A DNA stretch of 53,746 nucleotides, taken from positions 1 through 53,746 of the forward strand of contig CAYXOF010000001.1 of NCBI GenBank assembly GCA_964466905.1. The letters run 5' to 3'. The position numbers were made by a program, and so were the translations under genes. Of the stretch, positions 50,850-53,746 are shown one piece after another (the first letter of the stretch is position 1; every line of letters begins with the position of its first letter). The notes beneath the pieces were generated by a model. It was given only the letters and a program-made list of their open reading frames with translations, ran no database searches and was not told the DNA's origin. Source of the stretch: an uncultured Candidatus Saccharibacteria bacterium. Its GTDB lineage: Bacteria > Patescibacteriota > Minisyncoccia > Phycocordibacterales > UBA918.

Positions 50850-53746
50850 TTATTCCACAGCCTCGCTGCCGATAAAATTAAGGATACGCGATGGCACGTA
50901 AACGACTTTGGTGACAGTAAGTGCTGCCAGGCGCTTTGCTAGGCTTGGTTCGTTTTTTGCGAGTCCAATTGCTTCAGTTTCACTCGCTGTCGGGCTCAGG
51001 GTAATATCACCCCGGACCTTACCGTTGATTTGCACACCTATCGTGACCGATTGATCGCGCGCGAGCTCAGGGTCAAACACTGGCCAGACAGCTGTATGGA
51101 TACTGTCACGACAGCCCGCCTCGTGCCAGAGCTCAGCTGCAAGGTGTGGCGCAAATGGTGCGAGTAGCCGAAGAAAGGCCTCATAACTTGTGTGTGTGAG
51201 ACCAGCTTTTTCTACCTCGTTTAAATAGATCATCATCGCGCTAATGGCGGTGTTGAACTTGAAGGCTTCTATGTCCTCACTCACCTTCTTGATGGTTTTG
51301 TGGAGTGTGCTAGCGGCGCTCATTGGTTCTGTATCGACGATATGCGATGCCAGTCCATTCACTCGCTCCAAGAAGCGGCGGGCACCGACGAGACCATCTT
51401 GGCTCCAGGCGATAGTATTTTCGAAGGGACCCATGAACATCTCATAGACGCGGAGTGTATCAGCACCTACGAGCGACACAATATCGTCAGGATTGATTAC
51501 ATTCCCCCACCGCTTGCTCATCTTGCGGCCGTCTTCAGCGAGAATAAAGCCGAGAAACTCAAGTCGCTGAAATGGTTCGATGGTCGACACGACGCCAATA
51601 TCATAGAGAAACTTATGCCAGAAGCGGGCGTAGATTAGGTGTCGCACGGCATGATCGCCACCAACGTAAACATCGACGGGTTGCCAATCCTTCTCTTTCT
51701 GGGGATCAATGAGTGCTTCAGTATTATGTGGGTCAATATAGCGTAGGTAGTACCAGCTGCTGCCCGCCCATTGCGGCATAGTATTGGTCTCGCGCGTGGC
51801 GTTAAGGAGTGTCTGTCCGGCCGGTGCCTCGCTCGCCACCATAAAGTCACCCTCATCAGTGAGGTAGCCAGTAACGTTTACCCAGTCACTGATGGTCGAG
51901 AGCGGTGATTGGCCATCCCCAGCTGGTTCGTAGTGTTCCACCTCTGGCAGCGTAACGGGTAGTTGAGCAAAGGCCACCGGTACTGCAGTACTGTCTTCCA
52001 AGTGCACAATTGGAAACGGCTCACCCCAGTACCGCTGTCGACTAAAGACCCAGTCCTTAATTTTATAGGTTTTTGTCATTCGACCCCCCACCTTTTCAAC
52101 GATCGTTCGTTTTGCGTCTTCTGAATTCATCCCGTCAAATTCACCTGAATGAATCAGTGTACCCGTGCCTGTATGTAGTTCACCATGTAGAAAACATCTC
52201 CAGGCTCGAGCGTGCCAAGACCACGTGATCAATGCTGCGATCTGGTCTTTCTGTACCCATTCAATAGTATGCTTACCTTCATCAATCTCAGATGGAACCT
52301 GATGGAGTGAATTTAGTTTTATGTGATAGAAACTTGATGTGCCTTGTTGGTTTTTTAGTTTGCTGTGTCGGTAGCCAATCGAGCTGGTGCAAAATATTGG
52401 TGTGGCGCTCACAAACGTAAAATCAGTGAATCCCGTCTCTTCGCGCAGCTCCTTTGTAACAGCCACATGATCAGTGTCGCCATCCTTTCCCCCACCTACA
52501 AAGTGGGCGAGATTTCTATTGTCAGTATCAATTTCTCTTTGTAGTAAAAACGTCCCATCTGTCGGGTGTTCAATAATGATGTCAATACTGTCTCTTGTTG
52601 CGAGTGTTTCGACGTCAGAGCGTGGAGCGTCTGCACCATCAGCAATGAATGACTCCGTAATTACTGGTTGGATAGTGAGGCCAAATTTCTTTGCAAATGC
52701 ATAATCTCGTTCGTCATGCGCAGGGACAGCCATAATGGCGCCGGTACCGTATGAGGCAAGCACGTAATCGGCTATATAGACCGGGATCACTGCGCCACTG
52801 GCTGGGTTAGTGGCAGTGACGCCTGCAAGCTTCACACCGGTTTTTTCTTTTGTATCATCAAGACGATCCATTTCTTTCTTCTCCGCCACGTCACTAATAT
52901 ATGCTTCAACTTCAGGCCAATTTGTGATGGTGGCCTTATAGGTTCTAATCAGCGGATGTTCTGGAGCTAGTACCAGGTAGGTGGCGCCGAAGAGGGTGTC
53001 CGGTCGGGTCGTGAAGACGGTTACCGTATCACCAGTTGAGAGCGTGAAGTCGATTTCTGCTCCCTCACTCCGTCCAATCCAATTCCGCTGCGCTTCTTTA
53101 ATGTGCTCTGGCCACGCGAGGGTGTCGAGATCTTGGAGTAGACGGTCAGCGTACTCACGGATCTTCAAGGTCCATTGTCGCATCGGTCGCTTCTCCACTC
53201 TACTATCACAGCGCTCACAGGTACCATCGCTGTTGAGGTCCTCGTTTGCGAGTCCCGTCTGACAGCCAGGGCACCAGTTGATCGGTTCGTGACTTTCATA
53301 CGCTAGTCCCTTTTTGAAGAGTTGAATGAAGATCCATTGTGTCCAGGTATAAAAATCTGGATCTGTGGTGTTGATCTCGCGCGACCAATCGTAGTCAAAC
53401 CCAAGCTTCTCGAGTTGGGCTTTAAAGTTTGCGATATTTTGGTCGACGGCGACGCGCGGGTGAACTTTGTGTTTGATGGCGAAGTTTTCGGCTGGCAGCC
53501 CAAACGCATCCCAGCCCATCGGATGGAGCACTTCATGTCCACACATGCGTTTGAAGCGGCTGTAGATATCAGTTGCTATGTAGCCTTTTGGGTGCCCCAC
53601 ATGTAGTCCCTCACCTGAGGGGTACGGAAACATGTCGAGCACAAATGTTTTTGGTTTCGGTGAGCTGTCTTTTGTAATGTATATGTTGTCTGCTCGCCAG
53701 GATTGCTGCCACTTCGCTTCGATCGTGCCGTGATCAAATTTTTTGT
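50850..53746 (-). CDS. leuS: Leucine--tRNA ligase carrying an internal Nudix-like domain insertion; the extreme N-terminus lies outside the window
   Basis: Frame is open to the window edge (KKFDHGTIEAKWQQSW...). PYPSGEGLHVGHP (HIGH), CPGC...CERC, editing-domain TTRPDTLFGAT and GTGAIMAVPAHDERD, KMSKR. Extra segment with GGGKDGDTDHVAVTKELREETGF. Confidence 0.93.
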   Translation of the reverse strand, partial: KKFDHGTIEAKWQQSWRADNIYITKDSSPKPKTFVLDMFPYPSGEGLHVGHPKGYIATDIYSRFKRMCGHEVLHPMGWDAFGLPAENFAIKHKVHPRVAVDQNIANFKAQLEKLGFDYDWSREINTTDPDFYTWTQWIFIQLFKKGLAYESHEPINWCPGCQTGLANEDLNSDGTCERCDSRVEKRPMRQWTLKIREYADRLLQDLDTLAWPEHIKEAQRNWIGRSEGAEIDFTLSTGDTVTVFTTRPDTLFGATYLVLAPEHPLIRTYKATITNWPEVEAYISDVAEKKEMDRLDDTKEKTGVKLAGVTATNPASGAVIPVYIADYVLASYGTGAIMAVPAHDERDYAFAKKFGLTIQPVITESFIADGADAPRSDVETLATRDSIDIIIEHPTDGTFLLQREIDTDNRNLAHFVGGGKDGDTDHVAVTKELREETGFTDFTFVSATPIFCTSSIGYRHSKLKNQQGTSSFYHIKLNSLHQVPSEIDEGKHTIEWVQKDQIAALITWSWHARAWRCFLHGELHTGTGTLIHSGEFDGMNSEDAKRTIVEKVGGRMTKTYKIKDWVFSRQRYWGEPFPIVHLEDSTAVPVAFAQLPVTLPEVEHYEPAGDGQSPLSTISDWVNVTGYLTDEGDFMVASEAPAGQTLLNATRETNTMPQWAGSSWYYLRYIDPHNTEALIDPQKEKDWQPVDVYVGGDHAVRHLIYARFWHKFLYDIGVVSTIEPFQRLEFLGFILAEDGRKMSKRWGNVINPDDIVSLVGADTLRVYEMFMGPFENTIAWSQDGLVGARRFLERVNGLASHIVDTEPMSAASTLHKTIKKVSEDIEAFKFNTAISAMMIYLNEVEKAGLTHTSYEAFLRLLAPFAPHLAAELWHEAGCRDSIHTAVWPVFDPELARDQSVTIGVQINGKVRGDITLSPTASETEAIGLAKNEPSLAKRLAALTVTKVVYVPSRILNFIGSEAVE

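Noticed and set aside
1-53746. Looked for CRISPR arrays, tandem repeats, transposases, phage or integrative-element genes, rRNA/tRNA genes, and signs of an alternative genetic code
   Set aside because: No spaced direct-repeat arrays or IS-type genes are visible. The only recombinase is Xer-like, with housekeeping neighbours. All housekeeping ORFs are intact under the standard code, so there is no evidence for stop-codon reassignment.
1-53746. Tried to support the terminus hypothesis by spot-counting G versus C on the plus strand at several positions either side of 9.2 kb
   Set aside because: My hand counts over single 60-nt lines near 0, 5, 20, 30 and 40 kb all gave G greater than C on the plus strand. 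I therefore saw no obvious skew reversal. The sample is far too small to be decisive, so the terminus idea remains based only on gene orientation and needs a proper cumulative-skew calculation.

Overview
The window is a gene-dense (about 90% coding), roughly 50% GC stretch of a streamlined bacterial chromosome. The gene content looks like Patescibacteria/CPR, possibly Saccharibacteria; this is an inference from content and short protein variants, not a database result. I support about 58 CDS. Genes from 1 to 9.2 kb are mostly on the + strand. Every gene from 9.2 kb to the window end is on the - strand.

Most content is housekeeping:
- Ribosomal and transcription genes: rplI, rpmA, rpsI-rplM, and infA-rpmJ-rpsM-rpsK-rpsD-rpoA-rplQ.
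- Five aminoacyl-tRNA synthetases: gltX, aspS, trpS, alaS, leuS.
- The grpE-dnaK-dnaJ chaperone operon.
- A reduced cell-wall and division cluster: DD-carboxypeptidase, mraY, ftsW, murG, plus murI, mltG and an M23 peptidase.
- scpA/scpB, pgi plus a ROK kinase, mnmA, pepA and an M16 peptidase pair.

I found no rRNA, tRNA, CRISPR array, transposase or phage genes.

The observations most worth follow-up are:
1. A complete Nudix-hydrolase-like domain with an intact Nudix box is inserted in frame inside leuS, at the C-terminal edge of the editing domain.
2. A 765-bp non-coding gap next to a Xer-type recombinase lies about 1 kb from the gene-orientation switch. It carries an exact 13-nt direct repeat, an inverted-repeat site and a 12-bp palindrome, and could be a dif/terminus locus, an ncRNA locus, or both.
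3. A SET-domain methyltransferase sits in a tight gene string with a polytopic membrane protein, a 52-aa micro-ORF and an orphan histidine kinase.
4. An actin-fold ATPase is paired with a bitopic beta-rich surface protein.
5. An ATP-cone domain is fused to an Mrr-like nuclease, near a small group of repair and nuclease genes.
6. A sigma-region-4 domain is fused to a HARE-HTH domain.
7. Across the window, -10 hexamers (often TATACT) lie 5-10 nt from start codons, which suggests mostly leaderless mRNAs.

All functional calls rest on motifs read from the translations. No searches were run.
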